Shown here piece after piece: positions 8,709 to 17,887 of a stretch of 64,000 nt of DNA. A program made the position numbers and the translations under genes. A model generated the notes under the pieces. It had not been told where the DNA came from and searched no databases. It saw only the letters and a program-made list of their open reading frames with translations. The stretch spans positions 32,115 to 96,114 of the IMG/VR virus record IMGVR_UViG_3300025892_002268; one strand, written 5' to 3'. The stretch is from a virus. The stretch's first letter is position 1. Each line of letters opens with the position of its first letter.

Positions 8709-9356
8709 ATGGCTACAACAACAGCCCAAGGTAGTGGTTCAACCGTTAATGATGGTGGAACTGTAGTAAATGGTGGCAATATTGCTTCTGACGGTCCAAT
8801 GACTAACAACAGAAGTCTTGTAGAACTTGCCGATGGTGGGACAGATTATGGTTCTAAGGTCGTACAAAAAAACGTTCCTAGTTCTAATGACTTCTCTGGA
8901 GTTATTGGAGCAAAAGGCGTTGGCGTTGGAACCTTAGCCTTTGCGCCAAATGCCCAAGAGGGAGAAAGAAATTTCTTAATCAGAGGCGCTGGCACAGCTG
9001 AAGGTAATAATGAAATAAATAACTCTTCCAGCGATCTGCTGGTCCTCCCTGCTTCTGAAGTTGCTTTAAGACAGGTTAATCCAATCCACTTAACGATTGC
9101 TACTCGTCAACTTGGCGAGGATGATGCTACGTTTGATGTATTGGCAAGACCTTCAACTGCAATGGTTCCGGGGAGATCTAAGGGTACAGACGCTGGATCT
9201 GTTTCAACGTTTGTCAATCCTGCTGATGGTACTGCCGCCGTTGCGACAGAAATTCTACCAAGTAGAGCAGTTCCGGGCGAGCTTACTTACCACTTTGGTT
9301 CGTTATCCGCTCCTACGACTGACGAATATAAAGCAAGAGATAGTTACGAAGTATAA
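8709..9356 (+). CDS. putative virion structural protein
   Basis: G/T/S/A-rich 215 aa protein starting MATTT; own SD and terminator. Confidence 0.55.
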   Translation: MATTTAQGSGSTVNDGGTVVNGGNIASDGPMTNNRSLVELADGGTDYGSKVVQKNVPSSNDFSGVIGAKGVGVGTLAFAPNAQEGERNFLIRGAGTAEGNNEINNSSSDLLVLPASEVALRQVNPIHLTIATRQLGEDDATFDVLARPSTAMVPGRSKGTDAGSVSTFVNPADGTAAVATEILPSRAVPGELTYHFGSLSAPTTDEYKARDSYEV

Positions 9357-9376
9357 TTTATATTATTATGAGTAAC

Positions 9377-9415
9377 GGGATAGCACCCTTCGGGGTGCTT
9401 CCCATTTTTCTTTTT
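9377..9415 (+). terminator. Rho-independent terminator with C(UUCG)G loop
   Basis: GGGATAGCACCC-TTCG-GGGTGCTTCCC followed by ATTTTTCTTTTT. Confidence 0.85.
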
Positions 9416-9435
9416 AACTACTTGGAGAAGCAGCA

Positions 9436-10029
9436 GTGAATGAAATTACCCCAGAAATTATAGCACTTATATGTGGTGGAATTAGCGGTATAACTGGGAT
9501 TATTACAATTATATGGAAGAAATTTTTGAAACCAATAGTAAAACTATGTAAAAATCAAGATTTCTTTATAGAATCTGTAGAAGAAATTAAAAAAGAATTA
9601 TCTACAAATGGTGGAAGTAGCCTTAAAGATGCTATTATAGATATGAAGGATACTGTCCATAGAATAGACAGAAGGCAGAAAATAATAGAACAAAGAACCA
9701 AAGCAGCATTACATTACAGCAACGAGGCGTTATTTGAAACAGATATAGCTGGCAGATTAGTCTGGAGTAATGCTCATTTTTGTAGATATGTAAGAGATAA
9801 TCCAAATGATGTATCGGGATTTGATTGGTTGGCTACAATCAAAGAAGATGAAAGAGATGAATTATTAAAAGAATTTCTATCATGCATAAAAATGAATAGA
9901 AAATTTAGTAAAGTTACACAAACACAAGATGGTAAAGAAATACGGATGTTGGGTTATCCTTATAAGATAACAGATGTAGAGCATGGTGGCTTTTTAGTTA
10001 GTATTATACCTAAAGAAGAAGAGGCTTAA
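9436..10029 (+). CDS. membrane-anchored coiled-coil + PAS domain protein
   Basis: TM (about aa 7-27), NGGSSLKDAI coiled coil, then PAS signature ALFETDIAGRLVWSNAHFC...GFDWLATIKEDER...TQDG; GTG start with SD GGAG. Confidence 0.75.
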   Translation: MNEITPEIIALICGGISGITGIITIIWKKFLKPIVKLCKNQDFFIESVEEIKKELSTNGGSSLKDAIIDMKDTVHRIDRRQKIIEQRTKAALHYSNEALFETDIAGRLVWSNAHFCRYVRDNPNDVSGFDWLATIKEDERDELLKEFLSCIKMNRKFSKVTQTQDGKEIRMLGYPYKITDVEHGGFLVSIIPKEEEA

Positions 10030-10030
10030 A

Positions 10031-10249
10031 ATGGCAGATAAAAATTCAGCAGCATTTACTTTAAATGTAACAGACTTAATAGATATTGCTAAAAATACAG
10101 CATTAGTAGCACTAGCTGCTGGCTTAACGTATTTTGGTGAAAATATGGCAGACTTAGATCTGGGAAATATTGGAGTTATGCTTGTTCCAATTGCCGCAGT
10201 AGTAATTAATACTATGGTTAAGTGGGCAAAAAATAACGTACCGGAGTAA
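10031..10249 (+). CDS. holin-like two-TM protein
   Basis: 72 aa with two hydrophobic segments and a basic C-terminus; lies between the PAS gene and the protease. Confidence 0.55.
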   Translation: MADKNSAAFTLNVTDLIDIAKNTALVALAAGLTYFGENMADLDLGNIGVMLVPIAAVVINTMVKWAKNNVPE

Positions 10250-10253
10250 AAAT

Positions 10254-11174
10254 ATGTTTAATAAACCAAAAGACTTACTTAAAGCTTACAAGGATGGCTT
10301 TGTAGGTTCATGGTGTGATCCCGAAGATACAGATAAACTATTAGGAGAACTGCCACATCCACTGTTTGGTGTGGCAGCTCCTGATTTATATGGAACTGGC
10401 AAAGGTAAAGTTGCATTATTATACAAGTCTGTACAAAAGTTTGATCCCACGTTTGGAGCGCACGAGCGGCAAACCACAGGCGATTGTGTTTCACATTCTA
10501 CAAGGAATTGTGTAGACGTTACACGATCTCATGAAATTATTGGTGGTGACAAAGAAGATTTTGTTACCCGCAGTGCTACTGAAGCAATTTATGGATCTAG
10601 AGGTCATGGCGGTCAAGGAATGGCTTGCTCAAAAGCTGCTAGGTTTACAAATAAAGATGGTGGCATTTTGCTAAGGAAGGATTACGGCTTTGTTGATTTA
10701 TCTAAATATAATAGTAGAACGGGAACAAGTTGGGGCAGGTCTGGAGTACCATTAGAAGTCAGAAAAGAAGGCCAAAAACATCAAGTGACAACTGTATCTC
10801 TTATAAACACCGTGGATCAGGCAAGAGACGCATTAGCTAATGGGTATGCTATAAGTGTCTGTAGTAATTATGGATTTTCTTCACGCCGTAGTCAACATGG
10901 TATAGCAAAAAAAAGCGGGTCATGGAATCACGCAATGTGCTGGTGTGCTATGGACGATTCTCACGAAGTATATAATGAAACTTTATTTTTAATTCAAAAT
11001 TCTTGGGGTACTTTTAATGGTGGCCCCAAGAGGTTTGAACAACCAGACGGTAGCTTTTGGATTAGAGAAAGAGATGCTGCTGGAATGTTGAGGCAAAACG
11101 GAGCTTGGGTATTTAGTGATGTAGATGGGTTTCCACCAAGAAAGGTCGATTGGACCATAAACGAGGTATTTTAA
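10254..11174 (+). CDS. papain-like (C1) cysteine peptidase
   Basis: QTTGDCVSH (oxyanion Gln and catalytic Cys), WNHAM (His), IQNSWG (Asn); no signal peptide. Confidence 0.85.
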   Translation: MFNKPKDLLKAYKDGFVGSWCDPEDTDKLLGELPHPLFGVAAPDLYGTGKGKVALLYKSVQKFDPTFGAHERQTTGDCVSHSTRNCVDVTRSHEIIGGDKEDFVTRSATEAIYGSRGHGGQGMACSKAARFTNKDGGILLRKDYGFVDLSKYNSRTGTSWGRSGVPLEVRKEGQKHQVTTVSLINTVDQARDALANGYAISVCSNYGFSSRRSQHGIAKKSGSWNHAMCWCAMDDSHEVYNETLFLIQNSWGTFNGGPKRFEQPDGSFWIRERDAAGMLRQNGAWVFSDVDGFPPRKVDWTINEVF

Positions 11175-14100
11175 TGGCATCTTTATTCAAGAATCTACAG
11201 ATACGAAGAGGAACGGCAGCAGACTTTAAAGCAACAGATCCAATATTAAAAGCTGGAGAACCAGCTATATCTTTAGATACTGGTGAATTAAAGATAGGCG
11301 ATGGAATATCTAAATGGTCTGATTTAGCCTATTTTTCAAGCGTATTAGTAAAAACAGCCATAGTCAACATACCTTCTATACAAGCTAATACTTCTCACAC
11401 TCTAAAAATACCGATAGATAGTATTTCTCTGGATCATGAATATGCTATTGTTACTGCTCCAGATTCTATCCTTCCTGACTATATTGATATTAGATATTCT
11501 TACGCATCTGATACAGACGAAGTATCTGTAGTATTAACTAATATTGATAATTCTGTAGTTGATGGAAATGCTAACGGTAATGCTTCAGTAGCTACTAATA
11601 ATGTTAAATTACATATTCTATGCTATATAACTGACGTTGTTACTGTAACTACTACCACAACAACAACTCCAGACCCAATTGTGGATGATGTATTCTCATT
11701 TGGATATAATGAATTTGGTCAATTGGGCTTAAAAGATAAGGCAAATAGGAATATCCCAACATTCATATACGATAATAATACTAAGTGGACACAGTTTGCC
11801 GCTGGAAATTATCACACTCTCGCTATAGACTCTGAAAACAACATACACAGCGTTGGCTATAATTATTATGGTCAACTTGGATTAGGAAACAGTGGAGGCG
11901 GGACAAATAGACTCTCATTAGAAAAGGTGAGCAAGTCTTACTTTAAAGATGGTAGTGTATACTCCAACAATCCTCAGTGGAGATATATATCGGCGGGTTC
12001 GTATCACTCTCTAGCAGTCGATGTTAGTGGTAATTTATTCACATGTGGAGATGGTTCATATGGAGCTTTGGGACTAGGCCATCAAGTTGGTGTTAATGAA
12101 TTTACACTAGTTGGACAGCAATACTATTTTATAGATCTGGATAGACTTACAGAAAATAGTACAGATGGATCTTGTTTTACACTTAATGAAATCTCAGATC
12201 CTAAATATAAATTTGTAGCTAATGGCGATGGAGAATACATAATATCTGGTATTCCAATAAGTAATCCTGTCACTGTAACAATTCCGTATACTAACGGGGT
12301 AAGGGGCGGTGGTTTAGATGGCAAATGGTTCAAGGGTGATGATCAATTACTTGCTTACAGTGGAGAAAATCTAGAGACTACTGTAGGAACTAAACATTAT
12401 TTTTCAGGGAACATATCTATAGATGTCTCTGGTGATTATGGAGCCATATCGCTTCATTCGCTAAATGATAATATGTGTAACTACAATGAAATCATACACT
12501 TTCAAAGTCCTAATGCTAGCTGGGAAGATATATCAGCTGGGAATCACCATTCTTTAGGTGTAAAGAACTCTGGACTGTATGCTTGGGGACATAATAGCTA
12601 TGGTCAGGTTGGAACTGGTAATCATGAAGATGTCCTTATTCCAACCTTAGTAGGTGGAAGTAAATATTATTCACAAGTTGCCGCCGGTAAAAATCACTCT
12701 TTAGCTTTAGACTCAGACGGTACAGTTCATAGCTTTGGCAATAATCTTTATGGACAATTAGGTATAGGTAATGCTTCTCACAAGGATACTCCAACTCCAA
12801 TTCTTTTTGATTTTTCACAGATAAGTGATAGCAATTTCACCAACCTTCCTACAGATGCTAATTGGAATAATGGTGATGGAATATATTTTACACCTCCACT
12901 GGCTACTGAAACTTCTTACAATCCTATAGAAAGATATGTCTTAGAAGAAGGTACATACATTATTAGAAATGTTCCTTCTACGCATCCTATAGCTATTTTA
13001 AACGGAGGTGTAGAAGATAAGATAACATATAGTGGAGATAATAATGCTGGATGTTTATCAGTAAATCAAACTACTTCTGATGGTAAATATAATTTTTACT
13101 GGGGTGATGTTTATATTACTGTAACAGGAGATTTTGAAAAGGTCAGTATTTACTGCGCCAATCATGGATATATGGGTGGCAAAAACTTATTCTTTTACGC
13201 AACTCCTTCTTATAATCCTGAAAATATATCTGCTGGTACAAATCATACGGTAATAAGAACTGATACAGATCAAGTTTTAACTTTTGGTCGTAATAATTAT
13301 GGTCAATTAGGAACTGGAGATAATCAAGACAGAAATGTTCCCTTTAGAGTTAGTGAAGATAATATTAAATATATAGACGCTGGTGGAGACCATACGCTTT
13401 TTGTTGATTCAAGTAAATACATATGGTCTTTTGGAGACAATCAACATGGAGAGTTGGGATTAGCAGATAATATAGCTAGATCTACACCTGAAAGATTGAA
13501 CAACTCTATCAGGTGGAAAAATGTATATGCTGGAGGCAGCCATTCCTTTGCTACCGTTTTTGCTTTTTATCCCAATGTTCCTTCTAATTTTAAAGTCCAA
13601 AATGCAGACGACAGTAACCTAGTAGGCAATAGGCAGTTAATGTTAAGCTGGAATCACGTTACGGCGTATGATGAAGCGATTACTCACTACGTAATAGAAT
13701 ACTCAGCAGATAATGGAAATAGTTGGGTAGTCTATGACAATGAGGCTTTAGCTTATAAGTTCTACACTGATAGTTTCTTAGGAGCTACCAGAGAAGATAC
13801 ACAAAGTACAACATTTAGCTACATAATTGACAGTCTAGACAATACATACAATTATCTAGTAAGAATCGCTGGCGTAAATGCTACTGGTACTGGTCAATAC
13901 ATAACAAGTAGCCAGCCAGTTTCTCCAAAGGAAGCAGTAGATTTAGATTTTGCTAATGTACTTCTCTATTCCCACTTGGACAATGGCAATATTGCAGATA
14001 TATCAAATTACACTTGGCCTCATACCGCTTACTTTAATACGAATGCTACCAGATACCTCGATGGTAACTTTGGAGAAGCTTTGAGATTATATGAGTATGA

Positions 14101-14623
14101 CGGAATAAAATATGATGCTAATCTACACTTAGACGGAGAATTTACTATTGAATTCTTTATTAATCCAAGAAATTACGCAGCTGACACTAGCTCAAGCCGT
14201 TCCAATCCTATCATAACACTTAAAAAGAATAGCGAAGAATTTTTGAGGATGGCTTATAACGGTTCAGACGCATCTACCTATACATTTTCACTTTATAAAC
14301 AGGATGAAACAACTAGCCTAGCAAGCGTTCCTTTGACAGAAATTAATCAGCAAAAGGTGGAAGGATTTGCACATATAGCAATAACAAGAACTAGCGGCGC
14401 TCCAGATAATCCATCTAGCGTAGAAGTTGTAAGATTGTTTTACAATGGATTACTAATTGATAGTGGTAGAGATGTAACAGAGTATGATATTAATAATATA
14501 CTTCTTGGATCTGGTATGAATAGTTTTTATGACTTTGACATAGATGAATTCAGAATTACTAGCGGCGTTAGGTACGATCACGAACAAAGCTTTAATCCCA
14601 CTACTAAACCATTTGGAATTTAA
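11174..14623 (+). CDS. tail fibre/adhesin: Mtd-N-like domain, RCC1 repeats, cupredoxin-like inserts, FN3, LamG/ConA-like
   Basis: QIRRGTAA...GEPA...DTGELKIGDG; repeated FGxNxYGQLG / AGxxHSL; SWNH...HYVIEYS...YLVRIAGVNATGTG; FTIEFF...HIAITR...IDEFRITSGVRY. Confidence 0.85.
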   Translation: MASLFKNLQIRRGTAADFKATDPILKAGEPAISLDTGELKIGDGISKWSDLAYFSSVLVKTAIVNIPSIQANTSHTLKIPIDSISLDHEYAIVTAPDSILPDYIDIRYSYASDTDEVSVVLTNIDNSVVDGNANGNASVATNNVKLHILCYITDVVTVTTTTTTTPDPIVDDVFSFGYNEFGQLGLKDKANRNIPTFIYDNNTKWTQFAAGNYHTLAIDSENNIHSVGYNYYGQLGLGNSGGGTNRLSLEKVSKSYFKDGSVYSNNPQWRYISAGSYHSLAVDVSGNLFTCGDGSYGALGLGHQVGVNEFTLVGQQYYFIDLDRLTENSTDGSCFTLNEISDPKYKFVANGDGEYIISGIPISNPVTVTIPYTNGVRGGGLDGKWFKGDDQLLAYSGENLETTVGTKHYFSGNISIDVSGDYGAISLHSLNDNMCNYNEIIHFQSPNASWEDISAGNHHSLGVKNSGLYAWGHNSYGQVGTGNHEDVLIPTLVGGSKYYSQVAAGKNHSLALDSDGTVHSFGNNLYGQLGIGNASHKDTPTPILFDFSQISDSNFTNLPTDANWNNGDGIYFTPPLATETSYNPIERYVLEEGTYIIRNVPSTHPIAILNGGVEDKITYSGDNNAGCLSVNQTTSDGKYNFYWGDVYITVTGDFEKVSIYCANHGYMGGKNLFFYATPSYNPENISAGTNHTVIRTDTDQVLTFGRNNYGQLGTGDNQDRNVPFRVSEDNIKYIDAGGDHTLFVDSSKYIWSFGDNQHGELGLADNIARSTPERLNNSIRWKNVYAGGSHSFATVFAFYPNVPSNFKVQNADDSNLVGNRQLMLSWNHVTAYDEAITHYVIEYSADNGNSWVVYDNEALAYKFYTDSFLGATREDTQSTTFSYIIDSLDNTYNYLVRIAGVNATGTGQYITSSQPVSPKEAVDLDFANVLLYSHLDNGNIADISNYTWPHTAYFNTNATRYLDGNFGEALRLYEYDGIKYDANLHLDGEFTIEFFINPRNYAADTSSSRSNPIITLKKNSEEFLRMAYNGSDASTYTFSLYKQDETTSLASVPLTEINQQKVEGFAHIAITRTSGAPDNPSSVEVVRLFYNGLLIDSGRDVTEYDINNILLGSGMNSFYDFDIDEFRITSGVRYDHEQSFNPTTKPFGI

Positions 14624-14625
14624 CC

Positions 14626-15429
14626 ATGAGTGAAAATAAAAGTGCTAGCCATATAAAATTTAAAAGAGATACAGAAACAAATCTTGCTAGCTATATAACA
14701 ACCGTGGGAGAGCCAGTATTATCAACTGATACTAAATTAGTTAGAATTGGTGATGGTGGATCTCATTCAATTATTAGTCCTTTAGCAGATCGTGCATATA
14801 CTGACGATCAAGACGCTATAACATTAGCTTCAGCCAAGACTTATACTGATACAGAAATTGGTTCTTTAATTGACGGCGCTCCCGATGCTCTGAATACTTT
14901 AAATGAAATTGCATCAGCTTTAGATGATAATCCAAACATTTTAGACATTGTTGAAAAAGTCATAAGCGTCGGAGAAATTAGCAATGTCTCTGGAACAAAG
15001 AATGATTGGGATTTAGAATCTGTAGATACTAATTTCATTAAAATCAATCCTAATGGAGCATTGACAATTACGGGAATATCTTCTGCATATACTCATAAAA
15101 AATTTACGATTGCAAACTCATCATCGTCTTATAGCATTACACTTGTTCCACAGGCCACAGCTAGTCAAGGTGAAAATCAATTAAGGTTCTTAGAAGGAAT
15201 TGGAGCTGTTCTAGATCCTACAGAGCAAGCAGATTTTATATATGACAGCACTAATGAAGAATGGATAGTCATTAAAAGTGGCGTAAACTCTAACGTTAGG
15301 CCTGTCATAAATGCTGGTGAAACAGAAGTAAGTGGCGTGTATAATATGGTAATCATTAGTAGTGCAGCATATACTAACTTACAAAGTAGCAACAATACAG
15401 ATCCAAATACAATATACTTCGTTCCATAA
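14626..15429 (+). CDS. tail fibre protein
   Basis: IKFKRDT...GEPV...DTKLVRIGDG; LIDGAPDALNTLNEIASAL; C-terminal AYTNL...DPNTIYFV. Confidence 0.75.
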   Translation: MSENKSASHIKFKRDTETNLASYITTVGEPVLSTDTKLVRIGDGGSHSIISPLADRAYTDDQDAITLASAKTYTDTEIGSLIDGAPDALNTLNEIASALDDNPNILDIVEKVISVGEISNVSGTKNDWDLESVDTNFIKINPNGALTITGISSAYTHKKFTIANSSSSYSITLVPQATASQGENQLRFLEGIGAVLDPTEQADFIYDSTNEEWIVIKSGVNSNVRPVINAGETEVSGVYNMVIISSAAYTNLQSSNNTDPNTIYFVP

Positions 15430-15439
15430 GGGGTAAATA

Positions 15440-16204
15440 ATGCCAGATTATAGCAAAACAAGAATTCAATTACGTAGAGGAACAGCTGCTGAATTAGCTG
15501 CTGCTAATCCAGTTTTAGGACAAGGTGAACCCGCATTTGCTACAGATACAAACAATCTAAAAATTGGTGACGGTTCAACAGCATACTCCAGCCTCAGCGC
15601 GATCTCTGGTGGTGGTGGCGGTGGTGGATCTGAAGTAAACGATTTAACGGCAAGTGTAACTTGGGCCAATGTGCCAGATGCTAACATTACCGAGAGTTCG
15701 GTTGTTCAACATTCTGGAGCTTTACAAGTCACCGAATCGCAAGTAGTAGACTTGGGGTCATATATCACAACAGAAACAGACCCTGTTTTTATCGCACATA
15801 CTGTTAATAGCATTACGGATGGGACCGGCTTGTTACAAAATGATGGAGCGGGCAATTGGAGTTACGATAACTCGACATATTTAACCTCAGTGACAAACAT
15901 AGATACAACTAATTTTAATGCAACAGCAATCGTTACAGAGACTGAAGGTATTAGTAGCAACGATAATGATACTACTCTACCTACATCGGCGGCTGTAAAA
16001 GATTATGTAGATAATAACGCTGGTACTACCTATACGGCTGGCGATGGATTGACTCTTACTGGCACAGAATTTAGTGCAGATTTATTAAGCGACACTTCCG
16101 CTGTTGCTAATTCTGTGCAAATTACAAACATCGTAGCTATTAGTCAGAATAATTATAATTCCTTGGGTAGCTATGACGCTAATACTCTTTATTACATAAC
16201 ATAG
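15440..16204 (+). CDS. tail fibre protein with Mtd-N-like domain
   Basis: RIQLRRGTAAELAAANPVLGQGEPAFATDTNNLKIGDG; PTSAAVKDYVD; YTAGDGLTLTGTEFS; C-terminal DANTLYYIT. Confidence 0.8.
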   Translation: MPDYSKTRIQLRRGTAAELAAANPVLGQGEPAFATDTNNLKIGDGSTAYSSLSAISGGGGGGGSEVNDLTASVTWANVPDANITESSVVQHSGALQVTESQVVDLGSYITTETDPVFIAHTVNSITDGTGLLQNDGAGNWSYDNSTYLTSVTNIDTTNFNATAIVTETEGISSNDNDTTLPTSAAVKDYVDNNAGTTYTAGDGLTLTGTEFSADLLSDTSAVANSVQITNIVAISQNNYNSLGSYDANTLYYIT

Positions 16205-16211
16205 GCTTATT

Positions 16212-17135
16212 ATGAAATTTGGATCTACAGACATTTCGCAACACTATGTTGGTTCATCGTTAGTTCCACGTATTTATAACTGTGAAGATACTAGTTATAT
16301 ACTAAACGAAACCGCCTTTGATGCAGATGTTTTAATCATTGGTGGTGGTGGAGGTGGTGCTACTTCACTTGGAGGTGGTGGTGGTGGTGCTGGTGGGTAT
16401 AGAACATTTACTAAAAAATATTACACTGGAACAAACTATACCGTAACCGTTGGTGCTGGTGGATCAGCTAATTCTACGGGAAGCGATTCTTCAATAGAAA
16501 GAATTGGCTCAGGCGGTGGAGCTGGTGGCACAACAACCGGCGGCAACGGTGGTTCGGGTGGTGGAGGACAGGGTTTTAGCTCTTTTTCTGGTGGATCGTC
16601 CACATCGCCAAGATGCAACGGTTCTGCACAAGGTAATGGTGGAAGCGGAGGGAACGGCACATTTGCCCAAGGTGGTGGAGGAGGTGGCGCTTCTACTGCT
16701 GCTTCTGGTGCTGGCAATGGAGGCAATGGAACAGCTAGTTCAATTACAGGATCTAGCATAACAAGAGCTGGCGGTGGAGGCGGTGGAGACACAACTGCTG
16801 GGTTTGGATTTGGTAGTCCTAGTCCCGGTTCTGGAGGTTCTGGTGGAGGTGGCAATGGTGGTTCTGGCAATACTTCTGGTAATGCATCACTAGCCGCTGG
16901 AGCAAACGCTACGGCAAATACAGGATCTGGAGGAGGAGGAGGTGCTTACTACAAAGACGGCGGTAGCAACAGCAGTGGTGCTGGAGGTAATGGTGGTTCT
17001 GGATTTGTTGTTTTAAAATACCCCAACACAAAAACAATTACCGTTGGAGCTGGATTAACTTCATCCACAATTACAGCTGGAGATTATAAAATCACACAAA
17101 TTACAGCTGGCACAGATACAATAAGTTTCTCATAA
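16212..17135 (+). CDS. glycine-rich tail fibre-associated protein
   Basis: LIIGGGGGG...GGAGG, YTVTVGAGG, ANTGSGGGG and GGSGFVVLKY Gly-rich domain typical of aquatic phage fibres. Confidence 0.8.
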   Translation: MKFGSTDISQHYVGSSLVPRIYNCEDTSYILNETAFDADVLIIGGGGGGATSLGGGGGGAGGYRTFTKKYYTGTNYTVTVGAGGSANSTGSDSSIERIGSGGGAGGTTTGGNGGSGGGGQGFSSFSGGSSTSPRCNGSAQGNGGSGGNGTFAQGGGGGGASTAASGAGNGGNGTASSITGSSITRAGGGGGGDTTAGFGFGSPSPGSGGSGGGGNGGSGNTSGNASLAAGANATANTGSGGGGGAYYKDGGSNSSGAGGNGGSGFVVLKYPNTKTITVGAGLTSSTITAGDYKITQITAGTDTISFS

Positions 17136-17144
17136 GGATATAAC

Positions 17145-17528
17145 ATGGCACATTACGCTTTACTGGATGAAAACAACATTGTCACACAAGTCATCACTGG
17201 AATAGACGAAGGTGGTGATACTGATTGGGAAGCATACTACGCTGATAAAACAGGACAAACTTGCAAACGAACATCTTATAATACAAAATTTGGTATTCAC
17301 ACAGAAGGTGGTACTCCCTTTAGAAAAAACTATGCTGGCATTGGATATTTATATAATCAAGAAAAAAATGCATTTATTCCTCCAAAGCCGTATAATAGTT
17401 GGGTTCTTGTAGAGGACTCATGCGATTGGAAAGCTCCCGTTCCCATGCCAACAGAACCGTTAGCGGAAAACGAATTTTATGTTTGGAACGAACAAACAAC
17501 GAGTTGGATTATTTCTAATTTGGAATAG
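17145..17528 (+). CDS. tail fibre accessory/assembly-like protein
   Basis: MAHYALLDENNIVTQVI, RTSYN, FRKNYAGIG, AFIPPKPYNSW and WKAPVPMP, a family commonly found after Gly-rich fibre genes. Confidence 0.7.
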   Translation: MAHYALLDENNIVTQVITGIDEGGDTDWEAYYADKTGQTCKRTSYNTKFGIHTEGGTPFRKNYAGIGYLYNQEKNAFIPPKPYNSWVLVEDSCDWKAPVPMPTEPLAENEFYVWNEQTTSWIISNLE

Positions 17529-17536
17529 AAAATATC

Positions 17537-17629
17537 ATGCCACCAATTTACTTAGGAGACGTACCCGTAATAGTGTATAAAGGAGAGGTGGCTATAACAC
17601 CAAATATAGCTCCAGCTTACATAACTTAA
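17537..17629 (+). CDS. 30-aa micro-ORF resembling a fibre N-terminal docking peptide
   Basis: MPPIYLGDVPVIVYKGEVAITPNIAPAYIT; fills the intergenic gap. Confidence 0.35.
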   Translation: MPPIYLGDVPVIVYKGEVAITPNIAPAYIT

Positions 17630-17644
17630 AACAAGGAGAATTAA

Positions 17645-17887
17645 ATGGCAATCGTATCAACAACAGACGTAGTAACAAATCCAGACACTAGTAGAGAAGT
17701 TGCTAGAAATGCAAGTGTAGTATGCACATGCTTTCCCACGGGAGAATCTTTTACTGTGAATACAAATACAGATAGTAATTTTGTAAACTTCGACACAAGC
17801 TTAACCTATGCAGCACTTGAAACGTTATATACTGCAAGGTTTGACGACATTGCTTATTACAATGCTGTTGATGGGGGTACTCCATGA
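17645..17887 (+). CDS. hypothetical (possibly virion) protein
   Basis: 80 aa with SD AAGGAG. Confidence 0.65.
   Translation: MAIVSTTDVVTNPDTSREVARNASVVCTCFPTGESFTVNTNTDSNFVNFDTSLTYAALETLYTARFDDIAYYNAVDGGTP

Noticed and set aside
11174-16204. Diversity-generating retroelement suggested by Mtd-like N-terminal domains
   Set aside because: Only the N-terminal anchor domain is shared. No reverse transcriptase, no TR/VR repeat pair differing at adenines and no C-type lectin tip was seen in the window.
16436-16870. Pro-rich antisense ORF (also 15466-15687)
   Set aside because: Mirror image of GGN Gly codons on the coding strand.
16340-17000. GGT/GGA tandem repeats as a DNA repeat element
   Set aside because: Explained by poly-Gly coding with mixed codons.
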